This document shows, piece after piece, positions 40,110-53,830 of a stretch of DNA of 64,000 bases. The notes under the pieces were generated by a model. That model made no database searches, was not told the origin of the DNA, and worked only from the letters and a program-made list of their open reading frames with translations. Origin of the DNA: the human T2T-CHM13v2.0 reference genome, Homo sapiens. Where the stretch lies: NCBI RefSeq assembly GCF_009914755.1, contig NC_060929.1, one strand, 5' to 3'. Numbering within the stretch: position 1 is the stretch's first letter; each line of letters starts with the position of its first letter. Position numbers and translations under genes: made by a program.

Positions 40110-43100
40110 CTGATAAAACACGGGGTATCCTAATGAGTCCATTTCATCTTTATACATTTCCTTTAGTGTGCCACTGAGGAAGAACCTCTGCCCTCGACCC
40201 TTCCCAAACGTTGTTTCTTAGGGTCTGCTTCTCTCAGCCTTTCAATGGAAATGAGCCTCTTAACCTGAAATTGCCTGCCTTAAAACTCTCTCCCAAGCCA
40301 GAAAAGCGTCCATTTCCTGGAAAGGTTGTCGTGCTACTTCAACTCCTTCACCAAACCCACCCCCCTGACAATCACTGGTATGTTTTCTTCCCCTATAGTT
40401 TTTTCTTTTATATCATATACATTGAGTGTCATATACATTGAGTTATGCAGTTAACAGTCTTTGGGATTTTGTTTCTTTCACTTATCAGAATGCATTTGAG
40501 ATTCACCTCTGTGGTTGTATGTATCAGTGGTTCTTTCTTTTTTTAAAAAAAGAAGAGTGGTTCTCTTCTCTTTTAAAAGTTTCTGAGTAGCATTCCATTT
40601 TGTGAATGTACCAAAGTTTGTTTATCTGTTCACCAGCTGAAGGCCATTTGGGTAATTTCCAGTTCTGATGATTATGAATTAAGCCACTATAAAAAATCAC
40701 ATGCACGATTTGTTGTGAACATTAGTTTTCATTTTGCTTAGGTGAATACCTAGAAGTGGGATTGTTGAGTTATATGGTAAATGCATATTTAACTTTGTAA
40801 CACATTGTCAAACGATTTTCTAAAGTAGTCACAAATTTTTGCATTTCCAACAGCTGTATATGAGAGCTCTAGTTGCTTCGTATGTCTCTAGTACTTTGCA
40901 TGGTTAGTTTAAAATTTTTTTAAAAAAATCTTAGCTCTTCTAGGTGTAATGGTATCTCATGTGGTTTTAATTTGCTTTTCTCTAATGATAAATGATGTGA
41001 ACATTTTTTCGTGTGCTTATTTTCCATCCACGTATCTTCTTTGGTAAAGTGTCTATACAAATCTTTTTCTGTTTTTTATTTGTATTGAGTTTTGAAAGTT
41101 TATGCCTTCTCTTTGCAAGTTCTTTATCAAATATGTTCTTAGAGAGTATTTTCTTCCCAGTTGCAGCTTGCTTTTAAACATTTTACTGAGTGTCCTTCAA
41201 AGAGAAGGAGATTTTACTTTCAATGCAGACCAATTGTTTGATTTGTTTCTTATATTGTTTATGTTTATGTGTTTGTCTAAGAAAGCTTTTTAAAATTTAT
41301 TCTCGTTTTTAAAAATGTTTATTTTAGATTCTGGGGTACATGTGCAGGTTTGTTCTATAGGTAAATTTGTGTCATGGGGGTTTGTTGTACAGATTATTTC
41401 TTTATCCTGTTACTAAGCTTAGTACCTAATGATTATTTCTTCTGATCCTCTCCCTTTTCCCCAAGTAGGCCCCAATGTCTGTTTTCCCTTCTTTGTGTCC
41501 ATGTGTTCTCATCATTTAGCTCCAACTTATAAGTGAGAACAAGTGGTATTTAGCTTTTTGTTCCTGCGTTAGTTTGCTAAGGAGAATGGCCTGCAGCTCC
41601 ATCCATGTCCCTGCAAAGGGCATAATCTTATTGTTTTTTATGGCTGCATAGTATTCTATGGTGAATATGTACCACATTTTCTTTATCCAATCTGCCATTG
41701 ATGGGCATTTTTGTTGATTCCATGTCATTGCTATTGTGAATAGTGCTGCAATGAACATATGCATGCATGTGTCTTTATGATGAAATAATTTATATTTCTT
41801 TGGGTGTATACCCAGTAATAGGATTGCTGGGTCAAATGGTAGTTCTGTGTTAGCTCTTTGAGGAATATTTCCTCAAAAGAAAACACTGCTTTCCACAATG
41901 GTTGAATTGATTTCCACCCATACCAACAGTGTATAAGTGTTCCCTTTTCTCTGCAACCTCACCACCATCTGTTATTTTTTGACTTTTTAAATATGGCCAT
42001 TCTGGCTGGTGTGAGGTGGTATCTCACTGTGGTTTTGATTTGCATTTCTCTAAAGATTGGTGATATTGAGCTTTTTTCCTATGCTTGTTGGCTGCATGTA
42101 TCTTTTCTTTTGAAAAGTGTCTGTTTATGTCCTTTGCCCACTTTCTAGTGTTTTTTTTTTTTTGTAAATTTTAAATGTTTCTTATAGATGCTGGATATTA
42201 GACCTTTGTCAAGTGCATAGACTGCAAATATTTTCTTCTGTTTTGTGTGTTGTCTGTTTACTCTGTTGATAGTTTGTTTTGCTGTGCAGAAGCGCTTTAG
42301 GTTAATTAGATCCCATTTGTCAATTTTAGCTTTTGTTGAGATTACTTTTGGTGTCTTCATCGTGAAATCTTTGCCAGTTCCTTTGTCCAGAATAGTATTG
42401 CCTAGGTTGTCTTCCAGGGTTTTTATAGTTTTGGGTTTTATATTTAAGTCTTTAATCCACCTTGAGTTGATTTGTGTATACGGTGTAAGGAAGAGGTCCT
42501 GTTTCAATCTTTGGTATATGGCTAGCCAGTTATCCCAGCACCATTTATTGAATGGGCATCCTTTCCCCATTGCTTTGTTTTGTCAGGTTTGTTGAAGATC
42601 AGATAGTTGTAGGTGTATGGCCTTATTTCTGGCCTATCAATTTTATTCCATTGGTCTATGTGTCTGTTTTTGTACCAGTACCTTGCTTTTTTGGTTTCTA
42701 TTGTTCTATAGTATAGTTTGAAGTGGGGTTGTGTGATGACTCTGGATTTGTTCTTTTTGCTTGGCATTGCTTTGGCTATTTGGGCTCTTTCTTGGCTTCA
42801 TATACATTAGAAAACAGTTATTTCTAGTTCTTTGAAGTATGTCATGGGTAGTATGACCATTTTAATGATACTGATTCTTCGTATCCATGAGCATGGAATG
42901 CTTTTCCATTTGTGTCAACTCTGATCGCTTTGAGCAGTGTTTTGTAATTCTTATTGTGGAGAACTTTCATCTCCCTGGTTAGGTACATTCCTAGGTATTT
43001 TATTCTTTTTGTGGCTATTGTGAATGAGACTGTGTTCCTGATTTAGCTCTCAGCTTGACTGTTGTTGATGTATAGGAAGGCTAGTGATTTTTGTGCATTA

Positions 43101-43695
43101 ATTTTGTATGTTGTTTATCAGCATAAGGAGCTTTTGGGCCAAGACTATGGGATTTCCTGGATATAGAATCATGTTATCTGCAAACAGGGATAGTTTGATT
43201 TCTCTCTTTCTATTTGGATGCCATTTATTTCTCCCTCTTGCCTGATTGCTCTGGTCAAGACTTCCAACACTGTGTTGAATAGGGGTGGTGAGGGAGGGCA
43301 TTCTTTTTTTGTGCCGGTTGTCAAGGGGAATGCTTCCAGCTTTTGCCTATTCAGTATGATGTTGGCAGTGGGTTTGTCCTAAATAACTCTTGTTATTTTG
43401 AGATATGTTCCTTCAATGCCTAGTTTATTGACAGTTTTTTAACATGAAGGAATGCTGAATTTTATCAAAAGCCTTTTCTGCATCTCTTGAGATAATCATG
43501 TGGTTTTTGTCTTTAGTTCTGCTTATGTGATAAATCATATTTATTGATTTGTGTATGTTGAACCAACCTTGCATCCCAGGGATAAAGCCTACGTGGTCAT
43601 GGTGGGTTAGCTTTTGGATGTGCTGCCAGATTTGGTTTGCAAGTATTTTGTTGAGAATTTTTGCATCAATGTTCATCAAGGATATTGGCCCAAAG

Positions 43696-43699
<4 letters not shown>

Positions 43700-43740
<41 letters not shown>
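43700..43740. repeat. (TG)n microsatellite, about 20 units
   Basis: Read directly. Confidence 0.97.
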
Positions 43741-43741
<1 letters not shown>

Positions 43742-43799
43742 TGCCAGGTTTTGGTATCAGGATGATGCTGGCTTCATAAACTGAGTTGGGGAGGAGTCC

Positions 43800-44239
43800 T
43801 GTGATGGTTAATACTGAGTGTCAACTTGATTGGATTGATCAACACAAAGTACTGATCCTGGATGTGTCTGTGAGGTTGTTGCCAAAGGAGATTAACATTT
43901 GAGTCAGTGGGCTGGGAAAGGCAGACCCACACTTAATCTGGGTGGGCACAATCTAATCAGCTGCCAGTGTGGCTAGAATATAAGCAGGCAGAAAAACGTG
44001 AAAAGAGAGAATGGCCTAGCCTTCCAGCCTACATCTTTCTCTCTTGCTGGATGCTTCCTGCCCTAGAACATCGGACTCCAAGTTCTTCAGTTTTGGAACT
44101 TGGACTGGCTCTCTTTTCTTCTCAGCCTGTAGACATCCTATTGTATGACCTGGCGATCATGTGAGTTAATATTTAATAAACCCCCCTTTGTATAAATATC
44201 TATTCCTTTAGTTCTGTCCTTTTAGAGAACCCTAATACA
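43800..44239 (+). mobile_element. MLT2A (HERV-L LTR; MLT2A1/A2-like) solo LTR
   Basis: tgtgatggttaatactgagtgtcaacttgattggattga...tagagaaccctaataca resembles the MLT2A consensus. Confidence 0.92.
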
Positions 44240-46383
44240 AATTTCTTCTCGAATTTTTGGAATAGTTTCTGTAGGAATGGTATTAGCTCTTCTTTATATA
44301 TCTGGTGGAAGGTGGCTGTGAATCTACCTGGTTGTAGGTTTTTTCTTTGGTTGGTAGGCTATTTATTACTGATTCAATGTCAGAGTTCCTTATTGGTCTG
44401 TTCAGGGAATCCGTTTCTTCCTGCTTCAGTCTTGGGAGGGTGTATGTGTCCAGGAATTTATCCATTTCTCATAGATTTTCTACTTTGTTTGCATAGAGTT
44501 GTTTGTCATAGTCTCTGATGGTTATTTGTATTTCTTTGGGGTCAATGGTATCATCTACTTTGCCATTTCTAATTGTATTTATTTGAATCTTCTCTTCTTT
44601 ATTAGTCTAGCTAGCAGCCAATTTATCTAACTTTTTGATGTGGGCATTTAGTGCTATTAATTTTCCTCTTAACACTGCCTTATTGTCTTAGGTGTGTCTC
44701 AAAGATTGTGGTATGTTGTATCTTTGTTCTCATTAGTTTCAAAGGACTTCTTGATTTCTACCTTAATTTCATTATTTACCTGAAAGTGATTCAGACGCAA
44801 GTTGTTTAATTTCTATGAATTGTATAAGAAATCTTTTCCTAAAGTCACAAATATTTTCTCTCCTGCATTTTCTTGTAAGAATTGTATAGTTTTAGGTTTA
44901 AATTTTGAGTTAGTGTTTATAAATGGAGCAACGCATAGGTCAGCTTTGTTTATTTATTTGCATATAGATGCCCAATTGTTCTAACACTGTTTGTTGCAGA
45001 GAGTATTCTTTCCTCATGAAATTATCCTTGCAACTTTGTTGAAAATCATTTGTTTATGTCTGTGTGGGCTCTGTCTTAGTACCCTCTATTCTTTTCCATT
45101 GATTTGTGTGTCTACCCTTTCATTAATACCACATTATCATGATCAAAGTAGCTTTATAGTAAGTCTTGAAATCAGGACATGGTGAGTTTTAAAAGTGGTT
45201 CTTCTTTATTTTTCAAAATTGTGTTTACCATTCTAGTTATTTTGTCTTTATGTATAAATTTTATAATCAACTTATGAATTTCAACAAAAATTCTGCTGCT
45301 GCATTTTTGATTGAGATTGCATTGAATCTAAAGATAAATTTGGGAAAGAACTGACAAGAAAATTGAACCTTCTAATCAATGAATATGGTGTATCTTTCCA
45401 GTTATTCAGGAACTTTTTCCTACTTTGGTGTTTTGTGGTTTTCAGCATAGAAATCTTGCAAATCTTCTGCTTATGTAAAACTCGTATTTCTTTTTTGGTG
45501 CTATGGGAAATGGTAGGTTTTTAGGTTTATCAATGTGTTTAATCTGTTTCTATGCCCATCATTGAATTCTTTTCCTTCATCCTAGGTTGACTTTACTACT
45601 TTAAATTTCCATCTTTGTCTCTCTGTAAATGTAATTAGAATCATATTGTGCACATTATTTCATAAACTTTCCCCTTATAATAAGCTTCATTTTCATAGCT
45701 GCCATCCCTTGAAAACATGCAACCATTTAGTTATGTAGAATTTTTAAGTTTTAACTATTAGTAAAGACAGTGAACATCTTTGTGTATATAATTCTTAAAT
45801 AAAAGACTACTAATATCTTTTTAAAAAGTTTTCTGTTTCTTATTGAAAAACTTTTGATGGCAAATCACTTGAAGGGAAAATTTATTAGTAATATATTTAG
45901 TCATAAATTTGTAGTGTATGCAGAGTTCCAAAATGTTAAATGATATTAGAAGTCAGGTTGAAATATAAATTATCTATATACATGTTCAGTTCTACCATTT
46001 CTAAGTCCTGTTGACCAGATGAGATTGGCACAGTGTTTCTACTTGATTTTCCCAATTAATTTTTATACTCTGGGTATAGATGATGTGTATTGTCCATTAT
46101 ATGACTATCCTGCAATGCCTTTAGCTCTTCCCCTTTTGGTGGAGGTAATGATATTTGATTTGCTGCCATTACAGTCATTGCTCCAGCAAGCACCATTGTG
46201 CATATTCCTACATCCAGGTTTGAGGATTTTTCTCCAGTGTATTTTTTTTTTTTTTGCCAGCCCCATCATTTGTAACTTCGTGTCATTTTGTTAGGAGTGT
46301 CTTGTGAACAGCATATGGCTATTTCTTTTAAATCAATCTGGCAATCTGTCTTTCAGTAGGCAGCTTCAGTCCTGGTATGGGCT

Positions 46384-46833
46384 GTAGCAAGTACTGCTGC
46401 TGCTGTCCATCCCTTCTGCCCACGTGAGTTCTCCTGCATGCAGGTTCTGACATCTCTTTCTACAGTGGTGGAGTCAGCCCTCCTTTTTGCTTGGGGACAT
46501 TCTCAGGTGCTGCAGAAACTTGCTGTGCCATGGACAAGTTTATTGTGAAATCAGGAGGTTTCATAGGGAGCCACACAGAGGCAACCATGGTGAGTCGGTG
46601 CATGAATGCCTCCCCAATCTGATGGGCGATGCTGCAGTTTGTTTCTCACGGTTTCAGAGGGACCCTCTGGGGACTGAGTCACAGGTGCCCCAAGTGCTAA
46701 CCCGCTCATTGGTGCACCTTAATTAGGTTGATCACATTTCCCCTTTCTCACCATGCTTGTTGGAATCATCACTCAAATAAACTACCTGGGCCCAAGTTCT
46801 TGTCTCAGGTCTGCTTGGGAGTCCATACTAACA
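46384..46833 (+). mobile_element. LTR16-family ERVL LTR
   Basis: 3' end caaataaactacctgggcccaagttcttgtctcaggtctgctt...ca is typical of the LTR16 group. Confidence 0.7.
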
Positions 46834-49800
46834 TTGTTTGATTATAAGTATCAACTCTTTTTTGTGTTTTCTGTTAACCTTATTTTTAAAAAAATTCTTC
46901 CCGTTATTTCTGTCTTTTACTGGATCGATTTAGTTTTCTTTGGTTCATTCATTCTTCTGGCTTGGCAACTATAGATTACCTTTCTATTCCTTCAAAGGTT
47001 TCTTTAGCTTTTGAAGACATACACATCAATATAAAATTTCTAATACAGTCCAAATTTACTCTTATTTTATTTGTTTTATTAAGAAATACAATGACTTCAG
47101 TATGCTTTAACTTTCCCTCCTCTGATTTCTGAATTTTTCTTCCCTTCATATTCCTTTTAATTTTTGTCAATATTTTCTTATTATAATTTTTAAAATGCTT
47201 AAAGGTTAATTTGGTCAGTCAACTTATGTAATCAATTTCTATGCTTCTCATTGTTTCTTGAATACCATTAATTTGTCTTAGGTTTATTTTTATGCTTTTA
47301 AAATACATACTTTAATAGTTTTTAAATTATTATGTAGAAATAGCCAAGGCAGTGGTGGTAACCTTTCTTATTTTTGTAATTTGAAAATGTCTTCACTTTC
47401 CTTTCACTTTAGAATCATAGTTTCTTACCTGATATTACTTTTCACTGAGTTCTGTGAAGATATTATTTTTTTCTGGCATCTATTGTCATCTATTGTCATT
47501 GATGAAATATTAGCTTTCAAACTAATTGCTGGTTTCTTTGTAGTTAATCAGTATTTTCGGTCTGGTAACTTTCATTACTTTTAAAATACAAGTGATGTTT
47601 TATATTTGAATAATGGTGTTTGGAGGGATTCTGTATGCCTTTTTATTATTTTATACTTTTTGTGTCTGTGTCCTATATTATAAACACATTTCAAACACAG
47701 TTCCTAATTCTGTAATTTAAAAAATGTTGTCTGTTTATGCTTTTTACTGCATATTTTCTAATTAAAAAACTTTTTTTATGTCCAGAATTTTTAATTGACT
47801 TTTTCATAGCTATTATTCTTTGTTTTAGTTTCAGAATGTGTCTTTTTTTCATGAAATGCCATGTTTTGCTTTAATCTCTTGAGTATCAAAAATATCCTTA
47901 TATTAAAGCCACTTTTTACATTTTAAAATTATTATTTTTGTCACTGGGGGTCTCTTAATTAGGGATTGTTCTCAGGGTCAGTGTTTCTCAGCTTTGATTT
48001 GTAGACTCACCTTGAGATTCATTCTCTCCCTTTCTCCAGGTTTTACCCGCTTCCTGCCCTCCTAACCTGCCCAGCTGTCTAGTCATGTTGTGGTAGCCTT
48101 CACCTTGTTTCCCCAGAACCCATTCCCAGGACCAGGTTTTATTCTGTTGCTTCCATGGTCATACTTGGGATATCTCCAATGTTGTCACAAAGCAGTCTGG
48201 AGTTGCCCAGGCTCAGATTCTACCTGCAAGCCTGGGTCAGCTTCCCCTTGCCTTCTTTGCTAAGTAGCTAATATCAGCCACAGCACACTTGTTCCTACTT
48301 TTACCTTTCCCTCATGGGAAGTGGGATCTGATTGAAATGAGTTCAAACTGGGAGCTTAGCTGTGATCCCTCCTAGCTGCTTCTATCTGCCTTCAGAGCCA
48401 GAACACAGCAGGTGCGAGGTCAGCCTCAGTTTCCCCTTTGTATTTCTTCCCTTTTCTGGCCACTGAGATGCTTATCTCACTTTTGCACTGTGATATCCCG
48501 CAAATTTTCTCAACTGCATTTTCTCTGTCATTCCTATGCATTTGGTGGTGATGGTGGCGATGAATGAGGGAGGGGATATTTGAAGTATGAACTCATCACA
48601 CCATCCAGACTATAAGTTCATTCTTTCCCTTTCCAAAAGAGTTCTAATGTAAACTGAAACACTATTCTAAGGGTCTCAGATTTCAAGTGAGATAAATCAA
48701 AATTAATGAAAGAGTACAGCATCATCATGTAATCCTAAATTCCTGGTTTGAAAATGGTGTTTTGAAGGCAGTGGATTTTTTATGATCCCTAAAAGGATGA
48801 AGGGAAGTCTACAGGGAGAAATGTGGGTTCAATATTCTAAGAAATTCATGGGTCTGGCTTACTTACCAAGGCACCAAATGGCTTCAGGGGAATTTATACT
48901 CTGATTAGTGTAAGACTTTAAAAGATAAATCTGTAATGGCTGCAGAGAAGCAGCAAAATTCATGGCTGGCCATCTGGCTTGGTTTTATTAACCTATTTGT
49001 TCCAACTGTGCTTATTGGCTTCTGCAGATAGGAAGGATGAAGATGAACTAGCTACAAGAAATTTTTAAAGGACTTCTGAGATTTATCTCCTTCTTTTCTT
49101 AAAATAATTTGTGAAAGACTGAACTGTTGTGTAAGGTGGTTATTCATTTCACAGGCATCATGTACCAGGTACTCTCTCGAACACCAAGCAGGGAACACCG
49201 AGGAAGGCTCGACTCTTGTGTCCAAGGGCCCTCTTGTTTTGATGCTAGTCATATCCCATGTTTTCTTGTTTTCAAATTCTTAACCATATGTTAGAAATTT
49301 TTAAGAGCTCAACGAAAATCTTGTACAGGCCATATATAGGGTTTTGTTTTTAATCTCTCCCTCCCTCCCTTCCTTCTTTCCTTTGTTAGATACAAGATGT
49401 ATTCCTATTTATGGTTCCTTCTGTAATAAAAACATTTAGGAAAGAGGCTGCCTATCTGCAGGCAGGATCCTTAGGTCTAAGGGACCAGAAGGAGGGCATC
49501 ATGGTCAATTTGGCATTTTCGTCCTGAGCTCTGAGTTAAGTAGGCTGGCAAGATGCTGCTTTGGAAGAAGAAATCAACTAGTTGTAGCAATAAGGAGAGA
49601 AAGAAGTGAAAGAAAGAAAGGAAGGAAAGGAGACCTTCCTGATAACTCCCACTGTTATCACATAACTTTAAAATTCTTCCCTTAATCAGTCCTTTGCGAT
49701 CTGATATTTGACCTGAAAGAATACCGGTGAACACCTGTATCCCACTCTTAGCTGCAACGGCAGGATTGGGTGTCCCGCAGGCAAAGAGCAGGGTGAATGA

Positions 49801-50454
49801 AAGGAGGTGGTCAGCATGGGTCTCACCAGTTTCACAAGGGATGTGAGGACAGGCACCAACAGCTGGGGATAGGGGAGCAGCCTGAAGGTATGGGGGCTGT
49901 GGAGCTGGAATGTGCTGGGGGAGCCAGGACATTGGGAGTTGGGACACTCATTCTCAAGGGATTTTCATTTCTTTAGGAAATGGGTGGTTTGGGATCTCAG
50001 TTTTAGCTGTCCTTCCTGCTTTCATTGTTAATCTCTTATTTACTGATGTGACCTAGAAGTACAGTGGCATCACCAGGCTTTATCTCTGGGACACTGAAAG
50101 CCAGGTTTGGGTTCCTTTTGGGATTTTTTTCAGCTGTTTTTTTTCTTCCCCCTAATGCTTTTCTTGAGAAGATGGACAAAGATAGAAAAAAAGGTCAGAC
50201 AATGACAGAGAGAAGTCATTAATTCAACAAGCATTTAATTTGGCCTTAACCATCTGCTGGGGACATAATGGTGGAGAAGACATGAGATTCAAGGAAGGCA
50301 GAATGGGTAAACAAAGAAACCAGTACGTAAGGAAGGGAGTTGCAGATGGGGACGTGTGGTGTGCAGGATGTGGGAGACGAGTGTTTCCTTTGTCCCCACT
50401 GCCTCCAATGCTGTGCTGTGTTTATTTCCCAAGGTTATGAATTTGTGTAATAAA

Positions 50455-50665
50455 AATAGTGACTGCCGTCGATTTCACTGGTAATGTGTGCCCAGAACTG
50501 CACATGCATCTGCTCATTTACTCCTCACCATAATCTTATAAAGCAGGTGACATCATTTTCCCCACCAGGAAACTGAGATGTTAGCTAACCTGCTCAAGGT
50601 CATGTAGCTAATGAAGAACTGAGCAGGAATGCATATCCAAGCTTGTCTCTGTAGTCTGTGTTCCA
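50455..50665 (-). mobile_element. MIR SINE
   Basis: ctcatttactcctcaccataatcttataaagcagg...ggaaactgagatg...taacctgctcaaggtcatgtagcta. Confidence 0.75.
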
Positions 50666-52269
50666 TGCAGAGATTAATTGCAAAAATGTGGCTCCCCCAA
50701 ACAGGGCATGCAGGTCTTTTGGGGTGCTATAGTCTCAGTCAAGGTAGCTGTGTCTACATTTTAGGACTCTGAGGCACTGCTGGAAGGACCTGACAACCCC
50801 TGTCAGTTGCTGAGATCGAAGTGAATGGTATCAGTCTTCTTCCCTGTTCCCCACGCTTAACATTTTCTATGCACATGTGTATTATACAGTTGTTTTTGTC
50901 AGTCATTCTCTTGTTATGATGCTGGGCTAAGAGTAATTACAAGGAACAGCTCACAGTCCCTGAATCTTCAGAATGGCTGCTCCTTTGTGTGTGTGCCTGC
51001 TATGCTGGGCAGTAGTTTGCAGGAGCTCAGGGATCACCCACTTCTGCTCTGAATATGGACAGTTGAGGGGAGAGTATTGACTTTTATTTTTGGCATAGAT
51101 CTCCACATGTATATACACTCTCTGGTGTGTGTATGTGTTTACTAAGTTTGAATCTGCTGCTGGCCTCAAATAACCCCCTTCTTGACTGTAATGAGGCCAT
51201 ATTTTGTTTTCTCTGTGAATAAATGAGATCCAAAATTAACCAACATCTGCAGAGCTTGAGCTGACACGATGCTGCCTCCTCCTCCCTTGTCTTTTCCAGA
51301 ACAAAAAACAGTTTGCCATTTATTCTGTTCGTTCTACTTTTTGAAATATCCATAAAAATGCTTTTTCCTAGAGAGCGAATTTTATGCTTTGTGGTATCTT
51401 TTCCTCAAAAATTTTGATGATTTTCAGATGAGTGATTGAATTCAATCCAACTTAATGAGGACCCTGCTGGGTGCCAGACCTGGAGCATGGAGTCAGCACA
51501 TGCTGTCCTGGGCACCTCCAGGCTGCAGGCTCCCAGGCCCTGCCTCTAACCTGGGCTTCCAGACCACGCAGTCCCCATGCTCCCATCTCTAGTCAAGCCA
51601 GTGACAAATCCCATAACCTCTCTGACATTCAGGTTTGCCCTCCATTGCCCAGCATTGCCCTGGCAAAAGCCAGGAGCAAATTGTTACTTTTTGCAGGAAT
51701 GAGCTCATGAATTTTCTTTCCTAGGTATTTTGACTATTGGGTCAGAAAAATATAAATGATAGGTCAGCCAGTTTTGATGAGTTTACAGATAGCGTTATTT
51801 TACATAGATATACTTACATGTTGATTGTATTTAGGAGTTGAGTGCTTTATGATTATGTCAAATTAAGGTGTTAAGTTTCTTTATTATCTTAAAGAAGAAA
51901 GTCCCATTAATCTATCAGAAGGTACAGGCTTTGTCTTGGTACTAAATCTGAGGAAAAATTTGCATTATGATTGAAAATATTAAAAACTGTATTTAAAAAA
52001 TTCAAGTGAGTTATGCTTTCAGAAACCTCAAGATATAAAGTAATATTAAATGGATATAAAAAGACATGAAAATCAGCATTTCCTCAAGATTTTAAATGAG
52101 CCTTTTCTGAAGTCTTTAAAGTGCACTTTAATTTTAAAGATCGTATCTATTAAGCTTCACAAGAAAGAAATGCATTCTGTGACAAAAGGTAGACTTTAAA
52201 TTTTATAAATTTGTACTAAGTCAAGGTAGTCTTCTGCCATCTTTATTCTTTATACCAAATTAGTAAAGT

Positions 52270-52571
52270 GGTTTTTTTGTTTGTTTGTTTTTTTGAGACG
52301 GAGTCTTGCTCTGTCACCCAGGCTGGAGTGTAGTGGCGTGATCTCAGCTCACTGCAACCTCCGCCTCCTGGGTTCAAGCTGTTCTCTGCCTCAACTCCCG
52401 AGTAGCTGGGATTACAGGCACCCACCACCACACCCGGCTAATTGTTGTTTTTTTTGTAGAGACGGGGTTTCACCACCTTATCCGGGCTGGTCTTGAACTC
52501 CTGACCTCGTGATCGACTCGCCTCAGCCTCCCAAAGTGCTGGGATCACAGGCATGAGCCACTGTGCCTGGC
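52270..52571 (-). mobile_element. Alu (Sg/Sc-like)
   Basis: Reverse Alu with cctgacctcgtgatc variant; TSD tagtaaagt on both sides. Confidence 0.95.
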
Positions 52572-53419
52572 TAGTAAAGTTTTATACACAGCATCACTGT
52601 TGCCCCACAAATCTCACAAAAGCAAGTTAGGGGTTTGTGATCTGAGTTATCCAGACTCTTTATTTCCTGTATGCATGAGTATATTGCATGCCTCACATAC
52701 ATCTTTTCAAGCTTGACTGATCATAAAGACAAACTGGAAGAACTCATCCCAGACCCACTGATTCAGAATCTGTGGGGGAGGACCCAGCAGGAGGCCCAGT
52801 GGATCTGATCTTCAAAAAAGTTCAGAAGCACAGTTTAAGGATGTTCTTGAGGAGCTGTAGATAGGCTATATCATGGCCATCTCACTACCTGGCTTAGTTC
52901 CAATTATAGATTAATCAATTTAACTAAAAGTTGATCAAAGGGATGGACAATAAAAACACTTAGGTCAATCGAGAGCAAACTGAATCCAGAAGTTTCAAAT
53001 GACTCCTTCAAATGGTTCCTTCCAACCCTGACTTGAAACACCTGCCTGATACAATGGAAGATAAAATGTACAACAATGGCACAAGTTGTGGCATTAGTGT
53101 TGGATGCCATTAATGAGCATCTCTAAGCACTGCGGAAAACACATTACATATAGAATCTCTAATCCCCCCCACCCCCCGCCAAGAACTGTATATGTCTAAT
53201 GAAATTGAAGCTATGATAGTTTGAATAACTTGTTACAATGATATACCCAGTATAAAGGGAAAGATGAGATAAGAACTTTTCTCGGGATAATTGCAACATC
53301 TACAATGCCTTGTCGTTTCTGACACAATAATAAAAATACCCCCAATAATGCCTGGCATTGATAGGTGCTTTATAATTTGCAGAGGAATTTTACAAACATC
53401 ATCTCATTGAATATCTAGC

Positions 53420-53830
53420 CAGATGTGTCTTCGCCATTCTACAAAGACATCACAGCCATTCCAACACCCACTGACGCTTCACTAGCACTGTTATCCTCAT
53501 CTGGAATCCTCCTCTCCTTTATTTATCCACATTGCCCTCATTCTCTCTAAGGTCTTGTCAAGTCCTGCGTCCTTCACTGAGCCTTCCTTACCCAGCTGCA
53601 TCCCAGCATCATGGAGAAGTTACCTGCAGTTTAACACGCAATTTTACTGTGGTCTGTCCTGTGTATTTTGCTCTGATGGCTTTAATCCTATCATTTATTT
53701 CATATGATTGTGACCATCCCAGTGTCCCCAATGTTATTATGAGCTCTTTGAGGGTGGCTGTCATCCTCATGATGCATCTGTGTCCATTGCAGCTGGCAAG
53801 GTTTGGTAGGTATGTACCTCTCATTTGGTC
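53420..53830 (+). mobile_element. L2 3' fragment
   Basis: gcactgttatcctcatctggaatcctc...atgagctctttgagggtgg...catctgtgtcc; diverged. Confidence 0.5.

Larger units (their letters stand above)
41291..44820 (-). mobile_element. L1PA (about L1PA13-16), 5'-truncated, containing an MLT2A LTR and (TG)n
   Basis: ORF2 peptides ([40 protein letters not shown]); TSD tgtctaagaaagctttt (41274-41290) / tgtataagaaatctttt (44821-44837). Confidence 0.93.
40335..45540 (-). mobile_element. Old L1M element (about 40335-41290 and 44821-45540), split by a younger L1PA
   Basis: Decayed reverse L1 3'UTR/ORF2 text on both sides of a TSD-bounded insert. Confidence 0.7.
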
